NCBI GenBank assembly: GCA_965248575.1
Contig: CBDFJQ010000002.1
Span: 2,752,001 to 2,816,000, forward strand
Source of the DNA: Planctomycetota bacterium
GTDB lineage: Bacteria > Planctomycetota > B15-G4
Length of the DNA stretch: 64,000 nucleotides
Direction of reading: 5' to 3'
Shown: piece after piece, positions 29,070-38,447 of the stretch
Layout: every line of letters starts with the position of its first letter
How positions within the stretch are numbered: the first letter of the stretch is position 1
Translations under genes and position numbers: made by a program
Notes under the pieces: generated by a model
Told to the model about the DNA's origin: nothing
What the model saw: the letters and a program-made list of their open reading frames with translations, nothing else
Database searches by the model: none

Positions 29070-29130
29070 GACATCTCTCCGAGGGTTGGTGCGCCACTCT
29101 AGCAGCTCGCCCATCAGCCGCTGGACCTAG

Positions 29131-29207
29131 CTCTCCGCCCTCCCCTCTCCGCCCTCCCCTCTCCGCCCTCCCCTCTCACCTCTCACCTCTCACCTCTCAC
29201 CTCTCAC
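29131..29207. repeat. Pyrimidine-rich short tandem repeats: (CTCTCCGCCCTCCC)x3 followed by (CTCTCAC)x5
   Basis: Read directly: 29131-29172 and 29173-29207, in a divergent intergenic region. Confidence 0.95.
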
Positions 29208-29217
29208 CTCGCTCTCA

Positions 29218-29294
29218 TGCACTGCAGTGCAGACTCTGTGTGTCCTGCCTCTCTCCGATGGCCCCCGGTTGGACTGGCCGATTGGACTGGCCGA
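29218..29294. promoter_or_regulatory. Candidate operator elements upstream of the sulfatase
   Basis: Perfect palindrome TGCACTGCAGTGCA (29218-29231) and tandem direct repeat TTGGACTGGCCGA x2 (29269-29294). Confidence 0.4.
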
Positions 29295-29312
29295 CTCCCC
29301 AGAGACTCTCCC

Positions 29313-31016
29313 ATGTTGGTCTTCGCTCCTACCGTCGTCGCCGTCTGCCTGATGCTCTTCGCCAGCCCGGCCGCAGGCCAGCTCCACACGCTCGGACTGG
29401 ACACCGCGCAGAAGCCCCTCACCGCAACGACCCAGCCCAACGTGGTGTTCTTTCATTCCGATGACCACGGTTGGGCCGACGTGGGCTTTCGCGGCAGTGT
29501 GATCGAGACCCCACACATCGACAGCTTGGCCGCCGGCGGCTTGGCGCTCCAGCGCTACCACACCTACCCCATCTGCGGCCCGACGCGGGTCGGCCTCATG
29601 ACAGGTCGCAATCCCATCACGGTGGGCATCACCGGCAACATCGGCCCAGGGGACGACGGCGTTCCGCTGGACGAGAACATGCTCCCGGAGACCTTCCAGT
29701 CCGCGGGCTACCAGACCTGGATGATGGGCAAATGGCACCTCGGCGGAACCACGAGCCCGGACTATCAACCGCAGAACCGAGGCTTCGATTACTTCTATGG
29801 ATTCCTGGGTGGGTCGATCGACGAAACCACCCACACCACAGCCGGCACCGGCAATCTCGACTGGCAGCGAAACGGTGTGGACGTGCCCGAGGACGACGGC
29901 CAGCTGTCCACAGACTTGATGGCGAGCGAAGCCATCTCGCTGATCCAGAGCCGCGACCCCGAGCGGCCGTTCTTCCTTTACGTCGCCTTCCACGCACTCC
30001 ACACGCCCTACGACGCCCCTCAAGAGCTCAAGGACAAGTACGCGCTGAAGGGGCTCAGCGGACAGGCGCTGGAGTACGCAGCAATGGCCGAAAACATGGA
30101 CCGGAACATCGGGCGGGTGTTGGACGAGTTGAGAAGCCAGGGGCTGTTCGACGACGCGCTCGTCGTGTTCGCAAGCGACAACGGCGCGCAGGCAGGTAAG
30201 GGCGGCAGCAACCTGCCCCTGAATGGCTGGAAGGGAGGAGTCTTCGAGGGCGGTCATCGCACACCGGCGGTGGTGCATTGGCCGGGACGGGTTTCCGCCG
30301 GCAAGGACAGCGAGCAATTCCTTTCACACGTGGACTGGCTGCCGACGCTCGCGGCTGCTGTGGGCGTGCCGCCCGTCTTGAATCAGCCGCTCGACGGCGT
30401 GGACCGTTGGTCGGAACTGGCGGCGGGCACGGAGATGCTGGCAGACGGTTTTCCAATTGAACGCGGGCAAGGGCGAGCCGCGCTCGCCGGCCGCTGGAAG
30501 GCACTGCGCGAAACCAACAACGGGCCGTGGCAGCTCTACGATGCCTACACCGACCCCTCCGAGACCCAGGACCTGGCCGCCGCCCAGCCCGAGCTCGTGA
30601 GCGCGATGATGACGTACCTTGAGCCTTGCACCGGGGCGGTGAGTCACTGGGGCAGCGGTGGCGCAGGCAGCGCAGGGCTCGTGCCATCCCTGTCGCTGCT
30701 CGGATGTCCGCAGTCCAGTGAGACCGTGGTCCTCGACCTCGCTCGGGGTCGCCCCTCCAGCTATGCGGTGCTTCTGTACGGGCTGGATGTGGTCGCCGGC
30801 GTCCCCATGGGAACGTGTCCCCCGCTCGTGTCGCAAGTCATGACGCCGGGAATCCTTGTCCCGCTCGACACGGCCGGCGAGTTCATCTTGCCCGTTGTTC
30901 TCCCGGCCTCGGCACCCGCGCTGCCGTCGATCGCCTTGCAGGCCTTCGTGGCCGACGACGCCAACCCTTGGGGATACTCGTCCACCAACGCGGTGCGAGT
31001 TGACTTCGGGCCCTGA
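29313..31016 (+). CDS. Secreted Cys-type arylsulfatase (family S1) with a C-terminal putative sorting domain
   Basis: PNVVFFHSDDHG, CGPTRVGLMTG (CxPxR), GKWHLG, SDNG, KG..FEGG.R motifs; ~125-aa extra C-terminal domain. Confidence 0.92.
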   Translation: MLVFAPTVVAVCLMLFASPAAGQLHTLGLDTAQKPLTATTQPNVVFFHSDDHGWADVGFRGSVIETPHIDSLAAGGLALQRYHTYPICGPTRVGLMTGRNPITVGITGNIGPGDDGVPLDENMLPETFQSAGYQTWMMGKWHLGGTTSPDYQPQNRGFDYFYGFLGGSIDETTHTTAGTGNLDWQRNGVDVPEDDGQLSTDLMASEAISLIQSRDPERPFFLYVAFHALHTPYDAPQELKDKYALKGLSGQALEYAAMAENMDRNIGRVLDELRSQGLFDDALVVFASDNGAQAGKGGSNLPLNGWKGGVFEGGHRTPAVVHWPGRVSAGKDSEQFLSHVDWLPTLAAAVGVPPVLNQPLDGVDRWSELAAGTEMLADGFPIERGQGRAALAGRWKALRETNNGPWQLYDAYTDPSETQDLAAAQPELVSAMMTYLEPCTGAVSHWGSGGAGSAGLVPSLSLLGCPQSSETVVLDLARGRPSSYAVLLYGLDVVAGVPMGTCPPLVSQVMTPGILVPLDTAGEFILPVVLPASAPALPSIALQAFVADDANPWGYSSTNAVRVDFGP

Positions 31017-31059
31017 GTGAATCTCCTGACGGCCACTTCTGAGCGACCACCTCTCGACG

Positions 31060-33345
31060 CTACGGCCCAGCCACAGCCCCCGCCGCAGGCGCACCGCCGC
31101 CGAAGCCGTCACCACTGAGGTCTTCACTGACCTTGTAGCTGGGATCACCTGCGCCCAGGAGCGCACTGTCCGGCGTGGCCGGTGAGACATCCTGCACCGT
31201 GCCCGTCCAGGCCGCCCCTGCGAAGTCGCTGAGGCCCACGCCGTTGGTGAAGCCCGAACCGCCGCCCGTGCTGGCACCCGACACCGAGCCCAGCACCACA
31301 TTGCCGGCGATCGTCACGCCTGAGCTACCGCTGCTGAACTGCACCGCGGTGCTGTTCTGGCTGTAGATGGCGTTGTTGGCAAAGACCATGCCCGGCCGGT
31401 TGTTCCAGTTGGAGAGCCGCACCGCCTGGCCCGAGTTGAGCACCGTGTTGTGCACGAAAGTCAGATCGCGGGTCTGGCCCTGGTGGTCGCCGCTCTGGAA
31501 GCCCGTGGCCCCGTTGACGATCAGGTTGCTGCGCACGATGGCCTCGCCCTGGACTTGCAGCACGTTGTCGCCGGAACCCACCAGGATGTTGCGCTCGATG
31601 AGGTTCACCGGCTGCCCGTCGGTGCCGTACACCAGCAGGCAAGGGTAGTTGGCGTCGTAGATCGTGTTCTCGGCGATCCAGTTGCCCCAGCTGCCCTGCT
31701 TCACCTCGATGCCGTCGCCCTGCAGGCCGTCCGTGTCGTGCACGAGGTTCTGGGCGATGACCGACTCGCTCATGATCACTGCGCCGTTGTTCGCGCCGAG
31801 GTACATACCCTCGCCGTAGCCCGAGGTGTGGTGGATGTGGTTGCGCGTGATGTAGAGCGCTGAGGTGTCTTCGGAGTTGGCCGCGATGCCAGCCTCACCC
31901 AGGTGGTGGATCTCGCACTCGTCGATCCAGATGTTGTCGGCGCTACCGAGCTTGATGCCCGCCGAGCCCCCGGTGATCTCGAGCCCCCGGAAGGCCATGT
32001 AGCTGCCTTGGGGGTTCATGACGTTCTGGTTCTCGTCCGGTCGGGTGATGATGGGCGTGGCCCCGTCGGCCGCCACGATCCAGATCGGGTCGTTGGCCGT
32101 GCCGCTGGCGCTGGGCGAGAACTTGGACGCGATGCTCCAGGTGCCGTCGCTGATCTCCAGGCGGTCGCCCGGTTGCAGGGCGAGCACGGCGCTGCGCAGG
32201 AGCGCACCGTTGTCCGTCTCCGACAGGCCCGGGTTGAAGACCATGGGGATCACATTGGTGGCCGCCTCGCCCGCCCAAGGCGGGAAGTAGGTGCTGGGCT
32301 CGGAGGAGCCGGGGCCGCCGAGATCCGCCGAGGCCGTAGTCGCTGTGGCTTCGTTGGAGGGCGGGCCTTCGACACCCTGGATGGTGGCCGTGACCACGGC
32401 GTAGAGACTGAGGTCCGCGCCCAAGCCGCTGGCCACGAAGGGGCTGCTGACACCGGGCACCGATTGGGCGGTGGCCACATCCACGCCTGGCTGCTGGCTC
32501 CAGTACAGCGTGTAGCTGCTGGCCCCCTCCACAGGTGGCCAACTGAAGCTCACCTGGCCCTCGCCCCCCACGCCACTCAGCGTGGTCTTGATGAAATGGC
32601 CCGGGTCGACTTCCTCCAAGGTGAGAATCAGGCCCACGATCTTGGCCTCCTTCTTGGCGATGGAGTTTGTGTACTTGGCGATCTTCTTGGTGGCCTTCTT
32701 CTGGGCCTTGCGCGCGGCCTTCAAGGCCTTGTTGGCTGCCTTGAACGCCTGCTGCGCAATCTTGAGGGCCGCAGCCTTGGCCGCCACCTCCTGGGCGTTG
32801 GTGCCCGGCATCGCGAAGGCAGCCGCCAACTGCTGCGCCGCCGCGAACACCTGGGCTTCGGCTGCCATCACATCCAGGTCGGCCTGGGCGAGATTCGCGG
32901 TCCACAGATCGAGGGCATCCTCGGCCTCGACCAGTTTCCCTTCGACCTTGGCCAGCTTCTTGTCGAGCTTGGCGATCTTCTTGGCCAGCTTCTTGGCGGC
33001 CTTGTCGCCCTCCGCAGCAAGCCCTTCGCCGGTGGTGTCCATCAACAACGGCAACGGGAGCGCATCGCGACCCGCGACGAGGGACAACAACTCGAGCTCG
33101 AGACTGGAGGATCCCTCTCGCGAAGCGGCAGCCGATGCGACGTGATCGCCACGGGAGTTCCTGGCGGAGTGCCCGTCAGACGAACCCAGAGTGTGCGATG
33201 CGTCCGCCGAACTCACGCTCGCGGGAGCATCAACCGGCGAACGGGCGCTGGGCGAGACCACGACGGCCGCCATGGCCACCCAACCCAAGACCACCAGGGC
33301 CAGGCCGGTGCGCATCAGGCGCGGATTCAAAGGAGAGGTGGGCAT
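31060..33345 (-). CDS. Exported right-handed parallel beta-helix protein with a Lys/Ala coiled coil and an FN3-like domain
   Basis: N-terminal TM/signal; KAAKKLAKKIAK coiled coil; SWPPVEGASSYTLYW (FN3); ALQPGDRLEISDGTW and repeated IxxNxIxx beta-helix turns. Confidence 0.75.
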   Translation of the reverse strand: MPTSPLNPRLMRTGLALVVLGWVAMAAVVVSPSARSPVDAPASVSSADASHTLGSSDGHSARNSRGDHVASAAASREGSSSLELELLSLVAGRDALPLPLLMDTTGEGLAAEGDKAAKKLAKKIAKLDKKLAKVEGKLVEAEDALDLWTANLAQADLDVMAAEAQVFAAAQQLAAAFAMPGTNAQEVAAKAAALKIAQQAFKAANKALKAARKAQKKATKKIAKYTNSIAKKEAKIVGLILTLEEVDPGHFIKTTLSGVGGEGQVSFSWPPVEGASSYTLYWSQQPGVDVATAQSVPGVSSPFVASGLGADLSLYAVVTATIQGVEGPPSNEATATTASADLGGPGSSEPSTYFPPWAGEAATNVIPMVFNPGLSETDNGALLRSAVLALQPGDRLEISDGTWSIASKFSPSASGTANDPIWIVAADGATPIITRPDENQNVMNPQGSYMAFRGLEITGGSAGIKLGSADNIWIDECEIHHLGEAGIAANSEDTSALYITRNHIHHTSGYGEGMYLGANNGAVIMSESVIAQNLVHDTDGLQGDGIEVKQGSWGNWIAENTIYDANYPCLLVYGTDGQPVNLIERNILVGSGDNVLQVQGEAIVRSNLIVNGATGFQSGDHQGQTRDLTFVHNTVLNSGQAVRLSNWNNRPGMVFANNAIYSQNSTAVQFSSGSSGVTIAGNVVLGSVSGASTGGGSGFTNGVGLSDFAGAAWTGTVQDVSPATPDSALLGAGDPSYKVSEDLSGDGFGGGAPAAGAVAGP

Positions 33346-33476
33346 CACGAGCAGGATCCTCCAACAACAGGAGGGGCCGTAGAAACAGCTTCGGCCCAAG
33401 CCCGTGAAAGTCGGTTCCCACATGCCTCGACTTGAGTTTGCGGCCGTAGGCGGGTGACCAGGCTCCAAACTTTTTT

Positions 33477-33541
33477 GTGAGCGCGCTCACTTTGACTCTT
33501 GACGCGCCACCAATGCGTCGACATTATGAGCGCGCTCACTT
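33477..33541 (+). promoter_or_regulatory. Sigma70-type promoter flanked by two palindromic TetR operators
   Basis: GTGAGCGCGCTCAC (33477-33490) and TGAGCGCGCTCA (33527-33538); -35 TTGACG (33499-33504), 17-bp spacer, -10 CATTAT (33522-33527). Confidence 0.8.
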
Positions 33542-33554
33542 AAAGGACCTGACC

Positions 33555-34190
33555 ATGCGTATCACCTCCCAAGCCAAGCTCGAGACCCGCGACCGCATCC
33601 TGGCGGCGGGACGAGACCGTTTCGGCCAACAGGGCTTTCTGGCGGCGAGCACACGAGACATTGCTAAAGACGCCGGCATCGCCGCTGGCACCCTCTTCAA
33701 CTACTTCCCGAACAAGGAGTCGCTGGCCATGACCCTGCTGGGGTCGGCCCTCGACGAGGCCCGGGACGTCTGGCTCGCGCGCCGCGGCCCCAAGGACAGC
33801 CTGGAAGAGGACCTCTTCGCCCACGTGGCCACGGGCCTGCGCGCCCTGGCCCCCTACCGCAGCTGGGTGGGCGAGGTGCTCGAGACGGCCATGAGCCCCT
33901 TCGCTCGCAGCATCGTCAGCCACGAAGGGGATGCCGTGCGCGCCACGCACCTCGAAAGCGTGAGCGACATCCTGCGCGAACACGCCCTGCGCGCGGCCGA
34001 CTTCGAGCCGGCGCCGCCCAGCTTCGTGAGCATCCACCTCTACTGGACGCTCTACCTCGGCGTGCTCGCCTACTGGTCCGGCGACGAGTCCGAGAAGCAG
34101 GGCGATTCGCTCGTGGTGCTCGACCAATCCCTGCAACTTTTCGCCAATTCCCTCACAATCGACCCGTCCTCCACCGAAGCCCGGGACTAA
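33555..34190 (+). CDS. TetR/AcrR family transcriptional regulator
   Basis: TRDRILAAGRDRFGQQGF..STRDIAKDAGIAAGTLFNYFPNKESL HTH; AAGGA RBS. Confidence 0.95.
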   Translation: MRITSQAKLETRDRILAAGRDRFGQQGFLAASTRDIAKDAGIAAGTLFNYFPNKESLAMTLLGSALDEARDVWLARRGPKDSLEEDLFAHVATGLRALAPYRSWVGEVLETAMSPFARSIVSHEGDAVRATHLESVSDILREHALRAADFEPAPPSFVSIHLYWTLYLGVLAYWSGDESEKQGDSLVVLDQSLQLFANSLTIDPSSTEARD

Positions 34191-34206
34191 CGCTCGGGAC
34201 GAAACC

Positions 34207-35631
34207 ATGGACAGCCAATCAGCCAAAGTTCAGGCGGCCTTGGCCGCACTTCCCGCCGACCTCGACGAAGACGCGCCCGCCGGCCCGGATCTCGCCTCGC
34301 TGCTCACGCGCCTCTCCCATCGGCCGTTGCCCGTGGGCCGTTGGCATCGCATTTGGATCCTCGGTTCGCTGCAGGCTCGGGTTGCCGCCGGCTACATGGC
34401 CCACTGGCTCCGCAGCGGCTGGGCCGACGCCGACGCCAAGCAAGCGTCCCTCAACGAGGCACGGCTCTCTGCTGCCCTGAAGCTGATCGGCGGCATGAGC
34501 TACATGCGCGGGGCCGTCATGAAATTCGGCCAGACCATGGCCACCTGGCCGGACGTCGTGCCAGAGGAAGTGGCGGAGCTGCTCAGCGTGCTGCACTTCC
34601 AGGCCCCGCCCATGCACTTCTCCATGCTGCGCGAGATGGTGCACGACGAACTGGGTGCCGACCCCTCGGAGCTCTTCGCAGAGTTCGACACCGAGGCCTT
34701 CGCCGCCGCCTCCATCGGCCAGGTGCACCGCGCCCGGCTACACAGCGGTGAGGAGGTCGCGGTGAAGATCCAGTACCCCGGCATCGCCCAGTCGATTCGT
34801 TCGGACCTGGAGAACTTCCAGCTGCTCATGGCCCCCATGCGCCTCGGCAAGAACTGGGCGAACCTCATGGAGCAGACCGAGGACATTCGCAAGAAACTCG
34901 ACCAGGAGATGGACTACCGCCAGGAGGCCGCCCTGCACAAGGAGGCCGCGCAGTACTTCGAACAGGAAGAACACATCGTGGTGCCACGGGTCCACGAAGA
35001 GTTCAGCTCGGGCCGCGTGCTGGTGACGGACTACCTGCCGGGCGTGCACATGGATGAGTGGTTGGAGCAGAACCCCAGCGAAGCCCAACGCTCCGCGGCC
35101 GGCGAGGCCATCCTCACCACATCGTTCCGGCTCTGGTTCTCGGGCAACCTCATCTACGCTGACCCGCACCCCGGCAACTTCATCTTCATGCCCGACGGCC
35201 GGCTGGGGGTGATCGACTTCGGCGGCCTGCACCGCTTGAACGAGGAAGAGCAGGCCTACTGCGAGCTGGCCGAGCAGTGCATGCACGGTGGAAAGGACGT
35301 CATGGATCGCCTGATCGCCCTGAGCACCAACGTGCAGCACGCCTCCGATCTCACGGAGGAGCACCAGCAATTCATCCGTGACCTCTCCGACTGGATCTGG
35401 GAACCCATCCTGCACGAGGGCCCCTACGACTTCGGCGCGACGGATTACTGCAAGCGGGGCGCGGACCTGATGGCCGAGATCTTCCGCAAGCGGTACACCC
35501 GCAGCCGGACAGTGAACACCTGGATCAACCGCAGCTTCTATGGCGATCGGGCCCTCATGCACCGGCTCTCGGCGAAGGTGGATATGGGGGCCATCCAGAG
35601 CCGGGAGGCAGACGCCTCGCGGGCGGGCTGA
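34207..35631 (+). CDS. ABC1/AarF/UbiB-family atypical kinase
   Basis: MKFGQ, AAASIGQVHRA, VAVKIQYPG, ADPHPGN, IDFG motifs. Confidence 0.92.
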   Translation: MDSQSAKVQAALAALPADLDEDAPAGPDLASLLTRLSHRPLPVGRWHRIWILGSLQARVAAGYMAHWLRSGWADADAKQASLNEARLSAALKLIGGMSYMRGAVMKFGQTMATWPDVVPEEVAELLSVLHFQAPPMHFSMLREMVHDELGADPSELFAEFDTEAFAAASIGQVHRARLHSGEEVAVKIQYPGIAQSIRSDLENFQLLMAPMRLGKNWANLMEQTEDIRKKLDQEMDYRQEAALHKEAAQYFEQEEHIVVPRVHEEFSSGRVLVTDYLPGVHMDEWLEQNPSEAQRSAAGEAILTTSFRLWFSGNLIYADPHPGNFIFMPDGRLGVIDFGGLHRLNEEEQAYCELAEQCMHGGKDVMDRLIALSTNVQHASDLTEEHQQFIRDLSDWIWEPILHEGPYDFGATDYCKRGADLMAEIFRKRYTRSRTVNTWINRSFYGDRALMHRLSAKVDMGAIQSREADASRAG

Positions 35632-35771
35632 ACCCCACCTCTGATTCCCACACCACGCGTACGGACTTGGTAGTGTGAGCAGCCCGTCACGCGCGGGTCG
35701 TGGGAGGCCGGCAGCCCCCGCGGCCGACTCCGCCAAGACGGCTCTCACGTCGTCTTTCGGAAGCCCGCCGC

Positions 35772-38447
35772 GTGCCGCAGCAGCAGACCCAATCCGACTC
35801 CCTGCCCCTGCAGGCGGCCTTCGCCACGGCCGCCGCCGTTGGGCTGCAGGTGCTGTTGCCGCGGGTGTTCAGCGTGCTGCTCTGGTACCACCTGGGCTTC
35901 CTCGCCGTGAGCCTCGCCATGCTGGGCTTCGCGGCGGGCGGGCGCATCGTGAGCCGCCGGGTCAGGCGCACGGGCAAGGCTGGCGGTGGCCTCAATCGCA
36001 GCCTGTTGGGCGCCCTCGCGGGTCTCACTGCCCCCGCCGCCTTCGTCGGCATCTTGCGCTTGCCGCTGCAGACCAGCGAGCTGATGGACAGCCCCGAATC
36101 GGGCATGGCTCTCCTGGCCCTGCTGGGAATGATCGCCGCGCTCTCCGTGCCCTTCCTTTTCTTGGGCACCCTCGTCTGCTCGGCCCTCGACGAGGGGCGT
36201 GAGCGCATCGGCCAGGTCTATGGCGCCACGTTCCTGGGCGGCGCGGCCGGCGCCCTGCTCACCCTCACGGCCATGGACTACGGCGGCACACCCTTCGCCC
36301 TGGCCCTGGTGGCGGTGCTGCCCCAGCTGCCGCGCCTGCGCTACGTCGGGCTACCCGCCCTCGCGGTGGCGGCAGCCCTGCTCGCCGAGCCGGACGAGCT
36401 GCTGCCCTTCACCAGCCGCAAGCACTTCCCCGTGCTCAGCCCGGAGCAGGTGCTCGACGAGCGGGACACCGCCACGAGCCACGTGGTCTTCTACGACAAC
36501 GACCAGCACCACGGTATCTACGCCAACAACTCCAAGTGGCAAGGCCCGCCCCCGCCGCGCAGCATCGCAGCTGCCATCGACGCCTGGGCCATCACCTTCA
36601 TCACCGAGCGCGAGGGGCCCGACGATTTCCCGCCCTACCTGGACGCGCACCCGGCGGGTCTCGCCTACGAAGGGGCCGAGCCGGGCTTCGACGCCCTGGT
36701 GATCGGCGCCGGCGGTGGCTGGGATGTGTTGCAGGCCCTCAATGCTGGCGCCGAACACGTCACCGCCGTGGAGATCAACGGCAGCATTGTCGACGCCGTG
36801 CAGAACCGTTGGGCCGACTTCTCGGGCAGGCTCTACGAAGACCCTCGGGTGGAGGTTCATGTCGCCGAGGGTCGCCATTTCGTGGACAACGACGAGCGCC
36901 TCTACGACCGCATCGTCCTGGCTGGCGTGGACACCTTCGCGGCAACCCAAGCCGGCGCCTTCGCACTCTCCGAGAACTATCTCTACACCGTCGAGGCGCT
37001 GCGTACCTATCTTGCGCGGCTGAAACCCGGCGGGCGCCTGTTCATGACGCGCTGGTGGTTCGACCCGCCGCGCCAGACCTTGCGCCTGGCCCTCACCGCC
37101 GCCCAGGCCCTGCGCGAGGAAGGCATCGAGGACCCGCGCCGCCGGATGTTCATCACCCGCGACGGCAATGCCCAGGCAGGCAACGCACTCTTCTTCATGA
37201 AGGCTGGCGACGACTTCACGGGCCAAGAGCTGAACAGTCTCGCCGTCGCCGCCGAAGCCCGCGGCCTCGAACAGCTCTACGCCTGGGCGAGCCCCTGGGA
37301 CCCCGTCCCGCGCCCTAGCCAACCCACGCTGGTGGCGGCCCTGGACGCATCGGACCCCGATCGCTGGATCCGCAACTACCCCTATCGCGTGGACCCCACC
37401 ACCGACGACCGCCCCTTCTTCTTCGAGAACGGCAGACTGCAGACGCTGTTCCGCTCGGAGGGCAACTGGATCCACGACCGCCTCGGCGGGCAGGAAGTGC
37501 TGGTGGCGACCCTGCTCGCACTGCTGCTGCTGGCCTGGCCGTTGTTGCTGGCTGGTCGAGGCGTCCGGGCTCAAGCAGCTGGCGCGCCCGACGCCGAAGC
37601 CGACAGGTCGACGAGCCGTGCGCAGCTCGTGCCATTCCTCTTCCTGGGCGTCGGCTTCCTGTTCGTTGAGATCCCGCTCATGCAGCGGCTCTCGCTCGTG
37701 CTGGGTAATCCGGTCTATGCCGTCACCGTGGTGCTCGTCTCGCTGCTGACCTGGTCGGGCATCGGGTCGTTGCTGGCGAGCCGCCTCCCCACGCGCGCTG
37801 CCCCCTTCATGATGGTGGGCACTGCGATCACGGTGGCCGCCGTCTTGGTCGGAGGCCACGACCCGCTGGTGGAGACCCTCAGCCATTGGAGCCTCCCCTC
37901 GCGCGTCGCAAGCATCGCTATCTTCCTGGCGTTGCCGGGGCTCGCCATGGGGGCCGGCTTCCCCCTCGCCGTGCGCGCCCTCGGGCACCAACGCCCGCTA
38001 CTCGTCGCCAGCGCCTTCACCTGGAACGGCTTCGCCTCCGTGATGGCCGGCCCGCTCGCCGTTCTTGCCGCCCTGCATGTGGGCTTCCGGGTGACCTTGT
38101 TGTTCGGCGCATTCTGCTACGTGCTCGCGGCCCTGACACTCCTGGTGGCTCGTCCCAACGATGACGATGAGGAGGAGGCCACCGGTGACCGCCTGCTCAA
38201 GCAACAGGCGGATGAAGCGATGGACGACCGCCTGTGGGGCATCGATCGCAGCCCGACCCCGCGCGAGAAAGAGGACGACCCGAACGCCTTGTGGGTTGAC
38301 CCCTTTGCCTTGGATGAGAGCGACGGGGAGGACGCTGAGGTCGGCAAGGGCGCGGACGGCGATGCCGCCCCTGGAACCGACAAGCCGCGCCGGTCGAGCA
38401 AGCGGGCCGATGAACCTGCGACCGACGAGGGAGGTCGAGCACCGTGA
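35772..38447 (+). CDS. Membrane protein with a central spermidine-synthase-like class I SAM-binding domain
   Basis: TM bundles at both ends; LVIGAGGGWDV...VTAVEIN, EGRHF, ENYLYTVEA, TDDRPFF; acidic tail. Start uncertain (ORF opens at 35700). Confidence 0.8.
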   Translation: MPQQQTQSDSLPLQAAFATAAAVGLQVLLPRVFSVLLWYHLGFLAVSLAMLGFAAGGRIVSRRVRRTGKAGGGLNRSLLGALAGLTAPAAFVGILRLPLQTSELMDSPESGMALLALLGMIAALSVPFLFLGTLVCSALDEGRERIGQVYGATFLGGAAGALLTLTAMDYGGTPFALALVAVLPQLPRLRYVGLPALAVAAALLAEPDELLPFTSRKHFPVLSPEQVLDERDTATSHVVFYDNDQHHGIYANNSKWQGPPPPRSIAAAIDAWAITFITEREGPDDFPPYLDAHPAGLAYEGAEPGFDALVIGAGGGWDVLQALNAGAEHVTAVEINGSIVDAVQNRWADFSGRLYEDPRVEVHVAEGRHFVDNDERLYDRIVLAGVDTFAATQAGAFALSENYLYTVEALRTYLARLKPGGRLFMTRWWFDPPRQTLRLALTAAQALREEGIEDPRRRMFITRDGNAQAGNALFFMKAGDDFTGQELNSLAVAAEARGLEQLYAWASPWDPVPRPSQPTLVAALDASDPDRWIRNYPYRVDPTTDDRPFFFENGRLQTLFRSEGNWIHDRLGGQEVLVATLLALLLLAWPLLLAGRGVRAQAAGAPDAEADRSTSRAQLVPFLFLGVGFLFVEIPLMQRLSLVLGNPVYAVTVVLVSLLTWSGIGSLLASRLPTRAAPFMMVGTAITVAAVLVGGHDPLVETLSHWSLPSRVASIAIFLALPGLAMGAGFPLAVRALGHQRPLLVASAFTWNGFASVMAGPLAVLAALHVGFRVTLLFGAFCYVLAALTLLVARPNDDDEEEATGDRLLKQQADEAMDDRLWGIDRSPTPREKEDDPNALWVDPFALDESDGEDAEVGKGADGDAAPGTDKPRRSSKRADEPATDEGGRAP

